64,000 nucleotides of DNA from Shigella phage CT01: sequence record OK018184; one strand, given 5' to 3'. The position numbers and the translations under genes were made by a program. Within the stretch, counting starts at the first letter, position 1. Every line of letters starts with the position of its first letter. The notes under the pieces were generated by a model. That model was not told the origin of the DNA. It saw only the letters and a list, made by a program, of their open reading frames with translations, and made no database searches. This document shows positions 53,710-64,000 of the stretch, piece after piece.

Positions 53710-56700
53710 ATGGCCGAGATTAAAAGAAAGTTCAGAGCAGAAGACGGTCTGGACGCAGGTGGCGATAAAATAATCAACGTAGCTTTAGCTGATCGTACCG
53801 TAGGAACTGACGGTGTTAACGTTGATTACTTAATTCAAGAAAACACAGTTCAACAATATGATCCAACTCGTGGATATTTAAAAGATTTTGTAATCATTTA
53901 TAATAATCGTTTTTGGGCAGCAACGGATAATATTCCAAAACCTGCTGGAAGTTTTAATAGAATTCGTTGGAAAGCATTGCGTACTGATGCCGTATATACA
54001 ACCGTATCATCTGGACCGTATCAATTAAAATCCGGAGAAGCAATTTCAGTAGATACATCAGTTGGTAATGACATTGAGTTTAATTTACCACCTTCTCCTC
54101 TTGATGGAGAAACCGTAATAATTCAAGATATTGGTGGAAAACCTGGTATAAATCAGGTTAAAATAAATTCTTCAAATCAGAGTATTGTTAATTTTAGAGG
54201 TGAACAGGTACGTTCAGTTCTAATGACTCATCCAAAGTCACAAATGATATTCATTTTTAATAATCGTTTGTGGCAAATGTATGTTGCTGATTATAGCAGA
54301 GAAGCTGCGATTGTTACTCCATCGACTGCATATCAAGCACAATCTAATGATTTTATCGTGCGTAGATTTACTTCCGCTGCGCCGATTAATATTAAACTTC
54401 CGAGATTTGCTAATCATGGCGATATTATTAATTTCGTTGATTTAGATAAATTAAATCCACTTTATCATACAATTGTCACGACATATGATGAAACAACTTC
54501 AGTACAAGAAGTTGGAACTCATTCTATTGAAGGCCGTACATCGATTGACGGTTTCTTGATGTTTGATGATAATGAAAAATTATGGAGATTGTTTGACGGG
54601 GATAGTAAAGCACGTTTACGCATTATAACAACTAATTCTAATATTCGTCCAAATGAAGAAGTTATGGTATTTGGTGCGAATAACGGAACAACCCAAACAA
54701 TTGAACTTCAGCTTCCAACCGATATTTCCATTGGTGATACTGTTAAAATTTCCATGAATTACATGAGAAAAGGACAAACAGTTAAAATCAAAGCTGCCGG
54801 TGAAGATAAAATTGCTTCTTCAGTTCAATTGCTGCAATTCCCAAAACGTTCAGAATATCCACCTGAAGCTGAATGGGTGACTGTACAGGAATTAGTTTTT
54901 AACGGTGAAACTAATTATGTTCCAGTTTTACAACTTGCTTATATAGAAGATTCTGACGGAAAATACTGGGTTGTACAACAAAACGTTCCAACAGTTGAAA
55001 GAGTCGATTCTTTAAATAATTCTACTAGAGCAAGATTAGGCGTAATTGCTTTAGCTACACAAGCTCAAGCAAATGCTGATTTAGAAAATTCTCCGCAAAA
55101 AGAATTAGCAATTACACCAGAAACATTAGCTAACCGTACTGCTACAGAAACTCGTAGAGGTATCGCAAGAATAGCAACTACTGCTCAAGTAAATCAGAAC
55201 ACTACATTCTCTTTTGCTGATGACCTTATCATCACTCCTAAAAAGCTGAATGAAAGAACTGCTACAGAAACTCGTAGAGGCGTTGCTGAAATTGCCACGC
55301 AACAAGAAACTAATACAGGTACTGATGATACTACAATCATCACTCCTAAAAAGCTTCAAGCTCGTCAAGGTTCTGAATCATTATCTGGTATTGTAACCTT
55401 TGTATCTACTGCAGGAGCTACTCCAGCTTCTAGTCGTGAATTAAATGGTACAAATGTTTATAATAAAAACACTAATAATTTAGTTGTTTCGCCTAAAGCT
55501 TTGGATCAGTATAAAGCTACTCCAACGCAACAAGGTGCAGTAATTTTAGCAGTTGAAAGTGAAGTAATTGCTGGACAAAGCCAAGAAGGATGGGCAAATG
55601 CGGTTGTAACGCCAGAAACGTTACATAAAAAGACATCAACTGATGCAAGAATTGGTTTAATTGAAATTGCTACGCAAAGTGAAGTTAATACAGGAACTGA
55701 TTATACTCGTGCAGTCACTCCGAAAACTTTAAATGACCGTATAGCAACTGAAAGTTTAAGTGGTATAGCTGAAATTGCTACACAAGTTGAATTCGACGCA
55801 GGCGTCGACGATACTCGTATCTCTACACCATTAAAAATTAAAACCAGATTTAATAGTACTGATCGTACTTCTGTTGTTGCTCTATCTGGATTAGTTGAAT
55901 CAGGAACTCTCTGGGACCATTATACCCTTAATATTCTTGAAGCAAATGAGACACAGCGTGGTACACTTCGTGTAGCTACACAAGTTGAAGCTGCTGCAGG
56001 AACATTGGATAATGTTCTAATAACTCCTAAAAAGCTTTTAGGTACTAAATCTACTGAAGCGCAGGAAGGCGTTATTAAAGTTGCAACTCGGTCTGAAACT
56101 GTAGCTGGAACGTCAGCAAATACTGCTGTATCTCCAAAAAATTTAAAATGGATTGTGCAGAGTGAACCTACTTGGGCAGCTACTACCCTGGTAAGAGGTT
56201 TTGTTAAAACTTCATCTGGTTCAATTACATTCGTTGGTAATGATACAGTTGGTTCTACGCAGGACTTAGAACTATATGAGAAAAATAACTATGCAGTATC
56301 ACCATATGAATTAAACCGCGTATTAGCAAATTATTTGCCGTTAAAAGCAAAAGCTGTAGATAGTAATTTATTAGATGGTTTAGATTCACTCCAGTTCATT
56401 CGTAGGGATATTGCGCAGACGGTTAATGGTTCACTAACCTTAACACAGCAAACGAATCTGAGTGCCCCTCTTGTATCATCTAGTACTGCTACGTTCGGTG
56501 GATCAGTTTCGGCAAATAGTACATTAACTATTTCTAATACTGGAACAGCAACTCGTCTGATTTTTGAGAAAGGACCTCAAACTGGGACGAACCCAGCTCA
56601 AACGATGACAGTCAGAGTGTGGGGAAATCAATTCAGCGGTGAATCGGACACAACACGTTCTACTGTATTTGAAGTTAGTGATGAAACGTCTAGTCACTTT

Positions 56701-57579
56701 TATTCTCAGCGCAATAAAACTGGTAATATAACATTTAATATAAACGGTACAGTAACGCCGATAAATGTGAATGCTTCAGGAACATTGAATGCGAATGGCG
56801 TTGCAACATTCGGTAGTTCAGTTACTGCTAATGGCGAATTTATCAGTAAATCATCGAATGCTTTTAGAGCAATAAACGGTGATTATGGATTCTTTATCAG
56901 GAATGGTGGCAGCATCACACATTTTATGCTCACTGAATCTGGCGACCAGACCGGTGGATTTAATGGATTACGTCCTTTATCTATTAATAATGCATCTGGT
57001 CAAGTAACGATTGGTGAAAGCTTAATCATTGCCAAAGGTGCTACTATAAGTTCAGGTGGTTTAACTGTCAACTCGAGAATTCGTTCTCAGGGTACTAAAA
57101 CCTCTGATTTATATACTCGTGCGCCAACATCTGATACTGTAGGATTCTGGTCAATCGATATTAATGATTCAGCCACTTATAACCAGTTCCCGGGTTATTT
57201 TAAGATGGTTGAAAAAACTAATGAAGTGACTGGGCTTCCATACTTAGAACGTGGCGAAGAAGTTAAATCTCCTGGTACATTGACTCAGTTTGGTAACACG
57301 CTTGATTCGCTTTACCAAGATTGGATTACTTATCCAACGACTCCAGAAGCACGTACCACTCGCTGGACACGTACATGGCAGAAAACTAAAAACTCTTGGT
57401 CAAGTTTTGTTCAGGTATTTGACGGAGGTAACCCTCCTCAACCTTCAGATATAGGAGCGATCCCATCTGATAATGGAATAATAGGTAATCTTACTATTCG
57501 CGATTTCTTGCGAATTGGTAATGTTCGCATTATTCCTGACCCAGTGAATAAAACTGTTAAATTTGAGTGGATTGAATAA
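53710..57579 (+). CDS. 34: Long tail fibre proximal subunit gp34
   Basis: 1289 aa, T4 gp34 length; repeated ...TETRRG.A.IAT... modules. Confidence 0.93.
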   Translation: MAEIKRKFRAEDGLDAGGDKIINVALADRTVGTDGVNVDYLIQENTVQQYDPTRGYLKDFVIIYNNRFWAATDNIPKPAGSFNRIRWKALRTDAVYTTVSSGPYQLKSGEAISVDTSVGNDIEFNLPPSPLDGETVIIQDIGGKPGINQVKINSSNQSIVNFRGEQVRSVLMTHPKSQMIFIFNNRLWQMYVADYSREAAIVTPSTAYQAQSNDFIVRRFTSAAPINIKLPRFANHGDIINFVDLDKLNPLYHTIVTTYDETTSVQEVGTHSIEGRTSIDGFLMFDDNEKLWRLFDGDSKARLRIITTNSNIRPNEEVMVFGANNGTTQTIELQLPTDISIGDTVKISMNYMRKGQTVKIKAAGEDKIASSVQLLQFPKRSEYPPEAEWVTVQELVFNGETNYVPVLQLAYIEDSDGKYWVVQQNVPTVERVDSLNNSTRARLGVIALATQAQANADLENSPQKELAITPETLANRTATETRRGIARIATTAQVNQNTTFSFADDLIITPKKLNERTATETRRGVAEIATQQETNTGTDDTTIITPKKLQARQGSESLSGIVTFVSTAGATPASSRELNGTNVYNKNTNNLVVSPKALDQYKATPTQQGAVILAVESEVIAGQSQEGWANAVVTPETLHKKTSTDARIGLIEIATQSEVNTGTDYTRAVTPKTLNDRIATESLSGIAEIATQVEFDAGVDDTRISTPLKIKTRFNSTDRTSVVALSGLVESGTLWDHYTLNILEANETQRGTLRVATQVEAAAGTLDNVLITPKKLLGTKSTEAQEGVIKVATRSETVAGTSANTAVSPKNLKWIVQSEPTWAATTLVRGFVKTSSGSITFVGNDTVGSTQDLELYEKNNYAVSPYELNRVLANYLPLKAKAVDSNLLDGLDSLQFIRRDIAQTVNGSLTLTQQTNLSAPLVSSSTATFGGSVSANSTLTISNTGTATRLIFEKGPQTGTNPAQTMTVRVWGNQFSGESDTTRSTVFEVSDETSSHFYSQRNKTGNITFNINGTVTPINVNASGTLNANGVATFGSSVTANGEFISKSSNAFRAINGDYGFFIRNGGSITHFMLTESGDQTGGFNGLRPLSINNASGQVTIGESLIIAKGATISSGGLTVNSRIRSQGTKTSDLYTRAPTSDTVGFWSIDINDSATYNQFPGYFKMVEKTNEVTGLPYLERGEEVKSPGTLTQFGNTLDSLYQDWITYPTTPEARTTRWTRTWQKTKNSWSSFVQVFDGGNPPQPSDIGAIPSDNGIIGNLTIRDFLRIGNVRIIPDPVNKTVKFEWIE

Positions 57580-57587
57580 GAGGTATT

Positions 57588-58703
57588 ATGGAAAAATTTA
57601 TGGCAGAGTTTGGACAAGGATATGTCCAAACGCCATTTTTATCGGAAAGTAATTCAGTAAGATACAAAATAAGCATAGCTGGTTCTTGCCCGCTTTCTAC
57701 AGCAGGACCATATGTTAAATTTCAGGATAACCCTGTCGGAAATCAAACATTTAGCGCAGGTCTTCATTTAAGAGTTTTTGACCCTTCAACAGGAGCATTA
57801 GTTGATAGTAAGTCATATGCTTTTTCTACTTCAAATAATACTACATCAGCTGCTTTTGTTAGTTTCATGAATTCTTTGTCAAACAATAGACTTGTTGCTA
57901 TATTAACTAGTGGAAAGGTTAATTTTCCTCCTGAAGTGGTATCTTGGTTAAAAGGAGCAGGAACTTCAGTTTTTCCATCAGATTCCGTATTGTCAAGATT
58001 TGACGTATCATATGCTGCTTTTTATACTTCTTCTAAAAGAGCTATTGCATTAGAGCATGTTAAACTAAGTAATAGAAAAAGCACAGATGATTATCAAACT
58101 ATTTTAGATGTTGTATTTGATAGTTTAGAAGACGTCGGAGCTACGGGATTTCCTAAAAGAACATATGAAAGTGTCGAGCAATTTATGTCAGCGGTTGGTG
58201 GAACTAATAACGAAATTGCGCGATTACCAACTTCAGCTGCTATAAGTAAACTATCTGATTATAATTTAATTCCTGGTGATGTTCTTTATCTTAAAGCACA
58301 GTTATATGCTGATGCTGATTTACTTGATCTTGGAACTACAAATATATCCATTCGTTTTTATGATGCATCAAATGGATATATTTCTTCAACACAGGCTGAG
58401 TTTACTGGACAAGCTGGGTCTTGGGAATTAAAGGAAGATTATGTAGTTGTTCCTGAAAATGCAGTCGGATTTACTATATATGCGCAGAGAACTGCTCAAG
58501 CTGGTCAAGGCGGAATGAGGAATTTAAGCTTTTCTGAAGTATCAAGAAATGGCGGCATTTCAAAACCTGCCGAATTTGGCGTCAATGGTATTCGTGTTAA
58601 TTATGTCTGTGAATCGGCTTCACCTCCAGATATAATGGTACTTCCTACACAAGCCTCTTCTAAAACTGGCAAAGTGTTTGGGCAAGAATTTAGAGAAGTT
58701 TAA
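57588..58703 (+). CDS. 35: Long tail fibre hinge protein gp35
   Basis: 371 aa; synteny. Confidence 0.88.
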   Translation: MEKFMAEFGQGYVQTPFLSESNSVRYKISIAGSCPLSTAGPYVKFQDNPVGNQTFSAGLHLRVFDPSTGALVDSKSYAFSTSNNTTSAAFVSFMNSLSNNRLVAILTSGKVNFPPEVVSWLKGAGTSVFPSDSVLSRFDVSYAAFYTSSKRAIALEHVKLSNRKSTDDYQTILDVVFDSLEDVGATGFPKRTYESVEQFMSAVGGTNNEIARLPTSAAISKLSDYNLIPGDVLYLKAQLYADADLLDLGTTNISIRFYDASNGYISSTQAEFTGQAGSWELKEDYVVVPENAVGFTIYAQRTAQAGQGGMRNLSFSEVSRNGGISKPAEFGVNGIRVNYVCESASPPDIMVLPTQASSKTGKVFGQEFREV

Positions 58704-58708
58704 ACTGA

Positions 58709-58731
58709 GGGAGCCTTTGGGTTCCCTTTTT
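58709..58731 (+). terminator. Hairpin terminator after gene 35
   Basis: GGGAGC-loop-GTTCCC hairpin followed by T-run. Confidence 0.5.
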
Positions 58732-58734
58732 CTT

Positions 58735-58742
58735 TATAAATA
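58735..58742 (+). promoter_or_regulatory. Late promoter (TATAAATA) for gene 36
   Basis: Exact TATAAATA 24 nt upstream of gene 36 ATG. Confidence 0.65.
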
Positions 58743-58765
58743 ATATTAAAATAAAGGGGCATATA

Positions 58766-59458
58766 ATGGCTGATTTAAAAGTAGGTTCAACTGTGGGTGG
58801 ATCTGTCATTTGGCATCAAGGAAATTTTCCATTGAATTCAGCCGGTGACGATGTACTCTACAAATCATTTAAAATATATTCAGAATATAATAAACCGCAG
58901 GCAGCTGATAACGATTTCGTTTCTAAAGCTAATGGTGGTACTTACACCGGTCCAATTACTATTAATTACGGGGTAAATAGTTATCTTCAATTAAGTAATA
59001 ATGAAACCCCTATCCGAATTCGTTCTGGTGGCGGCACCGGTAATACTCTTGTAATTGGTGGATCTTCTGGTGGTATTAGTTTTAGACCTGCAGGTAGTGA
59101 AATCACTACTGGACAAATTAGTTTTAGACCTGCAGGTAGTGAAATCACTACTGGACAAATTACTATTACGCCAGAAGGTTTGACAACATTCACCAAAGCT
59201 GTAAAGGCTCCATCTGTAACTGTTACATCTACTCCTTCCGCAGCATCAGATGCTACTCGTAAAGATTATGTTGATGGAGCAATAAATACTGTTACAGCAA
59301 ATGCAAACTCTAGAGTGTTACGATCTGGTGACACCATGACAGGAAATTTAACTGCGCCAAACCTTTTTTCACAGAATCCTGCATCTCAACCTTCACACGT
59401 TCCACGATTTGACCAAATCGTAATTAAGGATTCTGTTCAAGATTTCGGCTATTATTAA
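58766..59458 (+). CDS. 36: Long tail fibre proximal-distal connector gp36 (with 14-aa tandem duplication)
   Basis: 230 aa; T4 gp36 is 221 aa; contains a perfect 42-bp tandem repeat. Confidence 0.88.
   Translation: MADLKVGSTVGGSVIWHQGNFPLNSAGDDVLYKSFKIYSEYNKPQAADNDFVSKANGGTYTGPITINYGVNSYLQLSNNETPIRIRSGGGTGNTLVIGGSSGGISFRPAGSEITTGQISFRPAGSEITTGQITITPEGLTTFTKAVKAPSVTVTSTPSAASDATRKDYVDGAINTVTANANSRVLRSGDTMTGNLTAPNLFSQNPASQPSHVPRFDQIVIKDSVQDFGYY
59076..59159. repeat. 42-bp perfect tandem duplication (2 copies) inside gene 36
   Basis: 59076-59117 is identical to 59118-59159; in frame ([14 protein letters not shown] x2). Confidence 0.9.
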
Positions 59459-59466
59459 GAGGACTT

Positions 59467-62197
59467 ATGGCTACTTTAAAACAAATACAATTTAAAAGAA
59501 GCAAAACCGCAGGTCAACTTCCTGCTGCTTCAGTATTAGCCGAAGGTGAATTGGCTATTAATTTAAAAGATAAAACAATTTTCACAAAAGATGACTCAGG
59601 CAATGTTATAGAATTAGGTTTAAAATATGGAGGAACAATTGATGGTTCTTTAACTGTTAATGGAAATATAATTGGAAATTTAACAGGTAACGCTGCAACT
59701 GCAACGAAATTAAAAACAGCACGAAAAATTAATGGTATATCCTTTGATGGGTCAAAAGATATCACGCTAACTCCATCCGACATAAATGTCAATAGCACAA
59801 CGTTTATAAAAAATAACGGCGAATTACCTGTTGATGCTAATTTAGATACGTATGGGCCTGTTGAAGAATATCTTGGAGTTTGGTCGAAAGCAACTTCAAC
59901 CAACGCTCAACCAGCAAATAAATTTCCAGAAAACAATGCTGTAGGTGTGCTAGAAGTATTTGTGGCCGGTCAATTTGCTGGTACTCAGAGATATACAACT
60001 AGATACGGAAATGTTTATATTCGTTCCTTGACTGCTACATGGAACGGAGTAAATGGTCCGTGGAGTGTGTGGCGAAATATTCAATCCGGTACTCGTTCAC
60101 TGTCAACAACAATTGATCTTAATGATCTAGGAGGTGCTGAACATCTTGGTTTGTGGCGAAATAGTTCAAATTCCATTGCTACCTTTGACAGAAATTTCCC
60201 AGAAGAGGGGTCGTCAGCTCAAGGTCTTTTGGAAGTATATGAAGGTGGAAACTATTCTCGTACACAAAGATATACAACCAGATTTGGTGTTGTTTATACT
60301 CGCTGTCTTACTGCTGCGTGGGATGCTTCTGCGCCTAAATGGGGACCGTGGCAACAAGTCGGTAATGTCACACCGGCGACTTTCTATGACGGAAACCTGA
60401 ATGATTTTAAAACTCCTGGGTTATATAATATTTTAGGCACTGATGCCGTTATTAATTGTCCTACAGGCGAAGGTTTACCAGCCGTTATTGTTGGTTTGCT
60501 GGAAGTTAAACAGCGTGCTTCTGGCGGTGCTATTTTCCAAAAATTTACTACTGCCGGAACAGGTGCAACTACCCGCGATCGTATTTTTGAGCGCGCATAT
60601 ACCGGCGGTGTGTGGGGTGAATGGAACGAAGTATACACATCTTATTCTCTACCAATTACTTTGGGTATGGGCGGTATTAAATCTAACTTAGCAGAGTTAG
60701 ACTGGCAAGCATTTGATTTTGTTCCTGGTAGTATGTTTAGCGTTCCTTTGAACAAAATAAAGAACATGCCAGCTAATATGGATTGGGGTACGATTGACGG
60801 AAACTTAATTATGTTTTCTGTTGGTCCTAGCGAGCACACCAGCACAGGACGTACTGTTCAGGTTTGGCGTGGAACTGTATCCCAGACAAACTATCGTTAT
60901 TTTGTCGTTCGTGTATTCGGTAATCCAGGGAGTAGAACATGTACAGTTCGACGCGTTGTTCTTGAAGACGGATCACATACTTGGACTGCTAAACAAGATT
61001 TTAATGGCGCAGTTAACTTTAACTCTACTGTTAACCTTAATAACACTACCACATTTAAAACAGAAGTTAAATTCCGCTCGTTGAATGCAAGGCGCTCATT
61101 TTTCCACTGAACGTACTTTAGCGACTGGTGCAATTAAAACTCGTTTCTTTGGCGAAACATTCACTGATGGTACATTATACCTAAATCAGATGAATAATAG
61201 CTCTGAACGATTCCATATCAATAATTGGGGAAATTCAGAAGTTGGTCGCGCGGCAGTGATGGAAGTCGGTGATTCCAAAGGTTATCACTTCTATACGGAA
61301 CGCAGGACAGATAACAGTTTGACATTTGATGTTGCTGGCACTTTTACCGTGCATGGACCTACCGGGATCACTATCAAAAACTCTGTTGGTGCTCGCCACA
61401 TCTGGTTTAAAGATGATAGCGATGCAGAAAAGGCTGTTATCTGGGCTACAGATGAGGGTATTTTACATATTCGCAATAATCATGAGGGTTCATTTAGTCA
61501 TCACTTCCAGGGTGCAATGATTAAACTGGAAGGGCGTGTTCCTTATGGTGCAGCAAAAGGGCTTATTCGAGGCGAGATAGACGGTGGTGCATATGTTGCA
61601 TGGAGAGACCGCCCTGCTGGTTTGTTGGTTGACTGCCAGAAAAGTATTGACAGTGCTCATGCTGTTTGGAAAGCGGTTGATTGGGGGCGTCAATATATCG
61701 CTGCTATGGACGTTCATTGTCCGGGTGATGGTAATAATACTGCGGCAGCGGTTCTTCATGTTCAGGCTGCTGATTATCAATTCCATGCAAGCGGAGAATT
61801 TCATGCCACTGGTAACGGGAACTTTAACGATGTGTATATTCGTTCCGATGGTCGTCTGAAAATTAATGTTGAAGATTATACAGGAAATGCGTTAAGTTTG
61901 ATCGGCAAACTGAAAGTGAAAACTTACGATAAAGTTAAATCTCTTAAAGACCGTGAAATTATCGGTCACGAGATCGGCATTATCGCACAGGATTTACAAG
62001 AAATATTACCGGAAGCTGTAAAATCTTCAAAGGTTGGCAATCTTGATAATCCAGACGATGTTCTGACAATTTCTAACTCTGCTGTGAATGCTCTTTTAAT
62101 TAAGGCTATTCAGGAAATGAGTAAAGAAATTAAAGAATTGAAAACTCCTTTCTTTACTAAAATTGCTCGCAAAATTAGTAAATATTTTAAATTCTAA
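59467..62197 (+). pseudogene. 37: Long tail fibre distal subunit gp37, frameshifted by a 344-bp internal deletion
   Basis: Split into ORFs 59467-61110 and 61085-62197; the missing 344 bp (junction at 61089/61090) is present in the copy inside nrdA; C-terminus has a chaperone-like domain. Confidence 0.85.
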
Positions 62198-62203
62198 CAA
62201 CAA

Positions 62204-62220
62204 GGGGCATTGCCCCCTTT
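62204..62220 (+). terminator. Hairpin after gene 37
   Basis: GGGGC-ATT-GCCCC hairpin followed by CTTT. Confidence 0.5.
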
Positions 62221-62232
62221 GGAGTATAAATT

Positions 62233-63015
62233 ATGGCAGTAGTTGGTGTTCCTGGTTGGATTGGAAGTTCAGCCGCAAATGAAACAGGGCAACGATGGAT
62301 GAGTCAAGCGGCTGGTCAACTAAGATTGGGTGTTCCTTGCTGGATGAGTCAATTTTCAGGTCGCTCGCGAGAAATTATTCATACACTTGGTGCAGACCAT
62401 AACTTCAATGGTCAGTGGTTCCGTGATAGATGCTTTGAGGCAGGTAGTACACCTATAGTGTTTAATATTACAGGTGATTTAGTATCATATTCTAAAGATG
62501 TTCCTTTATTCTTTATGTACGGAGATACACCGAATGAATATGTTCAGTTGAATATACATGGCGTAACGATGTATGGTCGTGGCGGGAATGGCGGTAGCAA
62601 TAGTCCTGGATCAGCTGGGGGTCATTGTATTCAAAATGATATTGGTGGGAGACTAAGAATTAATAATGGCGGAGCTATTGCTGGCGGTGGCGGTGGCGGT
62701 GGCGGCGGATATTATTCTCCTTTTTCACAAATGAGATTGACCTTTGGCGGTGGCGGCGGTCGTCCGTTTGGCGCTCCGGGCGGATCTATTGATATGCAAT
62801 CAGGAGCAACTGCTGGTACTATTTCTGCACCAGGCTCAGGGTCTGTGAACGGTATCTATAGCGGCGGGTCTGGTGGTGAAGTTGGATCCGCAGGGGGTAG
62901 ATGTAATATTCGTGGTCAAGGATATGAATACGATGGCGGAGCTGCTGGTTATGCCGTCATAGGGTCTACGCCGACATGGCAAAACGTTGGAGCAATATAT
63001 GGTCCAAGAGTATAA
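62233..63015 (+). CDS. 38: gp38 receptor-recognising adhesin, T2-type (glycine-rich islands)
   Basis: 260 aa with poly-Gly stretches ([21 protein letters not shown]); T4 gp38 is a 183-aa chaperone, T2-type gp38 is a longer adhesin. Confidence 0.85.
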   Translation: MAVVGVPGWIGSSAANETGQRWMSQAAGQLRLGVPCWMSQFSGRSREIIHTLGADHNFNGQWFRDRCFEAGSTPIVFNITGDLVSYSKDVPLFFMYGDTPNEYVQLNIHGVTMYGRGGNGGSNSPGSAGGHCIQNDIGGRLRINNGGAIAGGGGGGGGGYYSPFSQMRLTFGGGGGRPFGAPGGSIDMQSGATAGTISAPGSGSVNGIYSGGSGGEVGSAGGRCNIRGQGYEYDGGAAGYAVIGSTPTWQNVGAIYGPRV

Positions 63016-63047
63016 TTTTTGAATAAATATCCTTAAAAGGAGGGTCT

Positions 63048-63704
63048 ATGGCAGCACCTAGAATATCATTTTCGCCCTCTGATATTCTGTTGGGTGTTCT
63101 AGATCGCTTGTTCAAAGATAACGCTACCGGGAATGTTCTTGCTTCCCGGGTAGCTGTCGTAATTCTTTTATTTATGATGGCGATTGTTTGGTATAGGGGA
63201 GATAGTTTCTTTGAGTACTATAAGCAATCAAAGTATGAAACATACAGTGAAATTATTGAAAAGGAAAGAAATGCACGCTTTGAATCTGTCGCCCTGGAAC
63301 AACTCCAGATAGTTCATATATCATCTGAGGCAGACTTTAGTGCGGTGTATTCTTTCCGCCCTAAAAACTTAAACTATTTTGTTGATATTATAGCATATGA
63401 AGGAAAATTACCTTCAACAATAAGTGAAAAATCACTTGGAGGATATCCTGTTGATAAAACTATGGATGAATATACAGTTCATTTAAATGGACGTCATTAT
63501 TATTCCAATTCAAAATTTGCTTTTTTACCAACTAAAAAGCCTACTCCCGAAATAAACTACATGTACAGTTGTCCATATTTTAATTTGGATAATATCTATG
63601 CTGGAACAATAACCATGTACTGGTATAGAAATGATCATATAAGTAATGACCGCCTTGAATCAATATGTGCTCAGGCGGCCAGAATATTAGGAAGGGCTAA
63701 ATAA
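63048..63704 (+). CDS. t: Holin t
   Basis: 218 aa, T4 holin length; single N-terminal transmembrane helix (VAVVILLFMMAIVWY). Confidence 0.9.
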   Translation: MAAPRISFSPSDILLGVLDRLFKDNATGNVLASRVAVVILLFMMAIVWYRGDSFFEYYKQSKYETYSEIIEKERNARFESVALEQLQIVHISSEADFSAVYSFRPKNLNYFVDIIAYEGKLPSTISEKSLGGYPVDKTMDEYTVHLNGRHYYSNSKFAFLPTKKPTPEINYMYSCPYFNLDNIYAGTITMYWYRNDHISNDRLESICAQAARILGRAK

Positions 63705-63977
63705 TTATTTGTTTGTATACATCTCTAGATATCGATATACACCCTCAAAACCCTCGTTGAATTCGTCGATGAGGGTTTTCTTATCTTCTTGAGTTAATTC
63801 AGAAACAATTTTACGGAATGAATTCTGATTTAACTTTCTACCTTCATGCGTTACTCCAATCTCATTCAGAAATGCAATAAAATTAGCACGATTCTCAACA
63901 ATATCTTCTCTGGAAAATTTAATCAAAATAGACGCAACAGTAATAATTTCACGAACTGTATCAATATTTTTATTCAT
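63705..63977 (-). CDS. asiA: Anti-sigma-70 factor AsiA
   Basis: 90 aa, T4 AsiA length and N-terminus (MNKNIDTVREIITVASIL...). Confidence 0.9.
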   Translation of the reverse strand: MNKNIDTVREIITVASILIKFSREDIVENRANFIAFLNEIGVTHEGRKLNQNSFRKIVSELTQEDKKTLIDEFNEGFEGVYRYLEMYTNK

Positions 63978-64000
63978 TAACTATACCACTCAATTAGTTG

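Noticed and set aside
55100-55900. Repeated sequence modules in gene 34 as a possible repeat array or CRISPR
   Set aside because: They are in-frame, diverged protein-level repeats typical of fibre shafts, with no repeat-spacer periodicity and no cas genes.

Overview
This window is a contiguous block of a T-even (T4-like, Tevenvirinae) myovirus genome, running from the 3' end of terminase gene 17 to asiA. Gene calls rest on synteny and on protein lengths and sequences recalled from phage T4; no database search was run. The + strand carries the late structural genes (18-24, 51-54, 34-38, t); the - strand carries the early/middle block (rnlB, hoc, inh, uvsY, 25, 26, alt, 30, rIII, 31, cd, pseT, alc, rnlA, denA, nrdB, nrdA, td, frd, 32, 59, 33, dsbA, rnh). 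The phage is not T4 itself: td and nrdB are intronless, gp38 is the long glycine-rich T2-type adhesin, and gp37 ends in a chaperone-like C-terminal domain. Many TATAAATA late promoters and GC-rich hairpin terminators are visible. I found no CRISPR array or rRNA gene, no convincing tRNA and no recognisable novel defence or anti-defence operon. The most unusual content is structural: nrdA is split by a 1007-bp insertion that carries a gp37 fragment between 148-bp direct repeats; the resident gene 37 has a 344-bp frameshifting deletion of exactly the segment preserved in that fragment; and the 59-32 junction holds a 601-bp duplication that creates a truncated second gene 32 5' end. Smaller in-frame tandem duplications sit in 30.2 (93 bp) and gene 36 (42 bp), and there are two tandem intact Alt ADP-ribosyltransferase paralogues and an HNH endonuclease remnant between nrdA and nrdB. 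The three large rearrangements could be real recombination products, engineered changes or assembly artefacts; sequence alone cannot tell.
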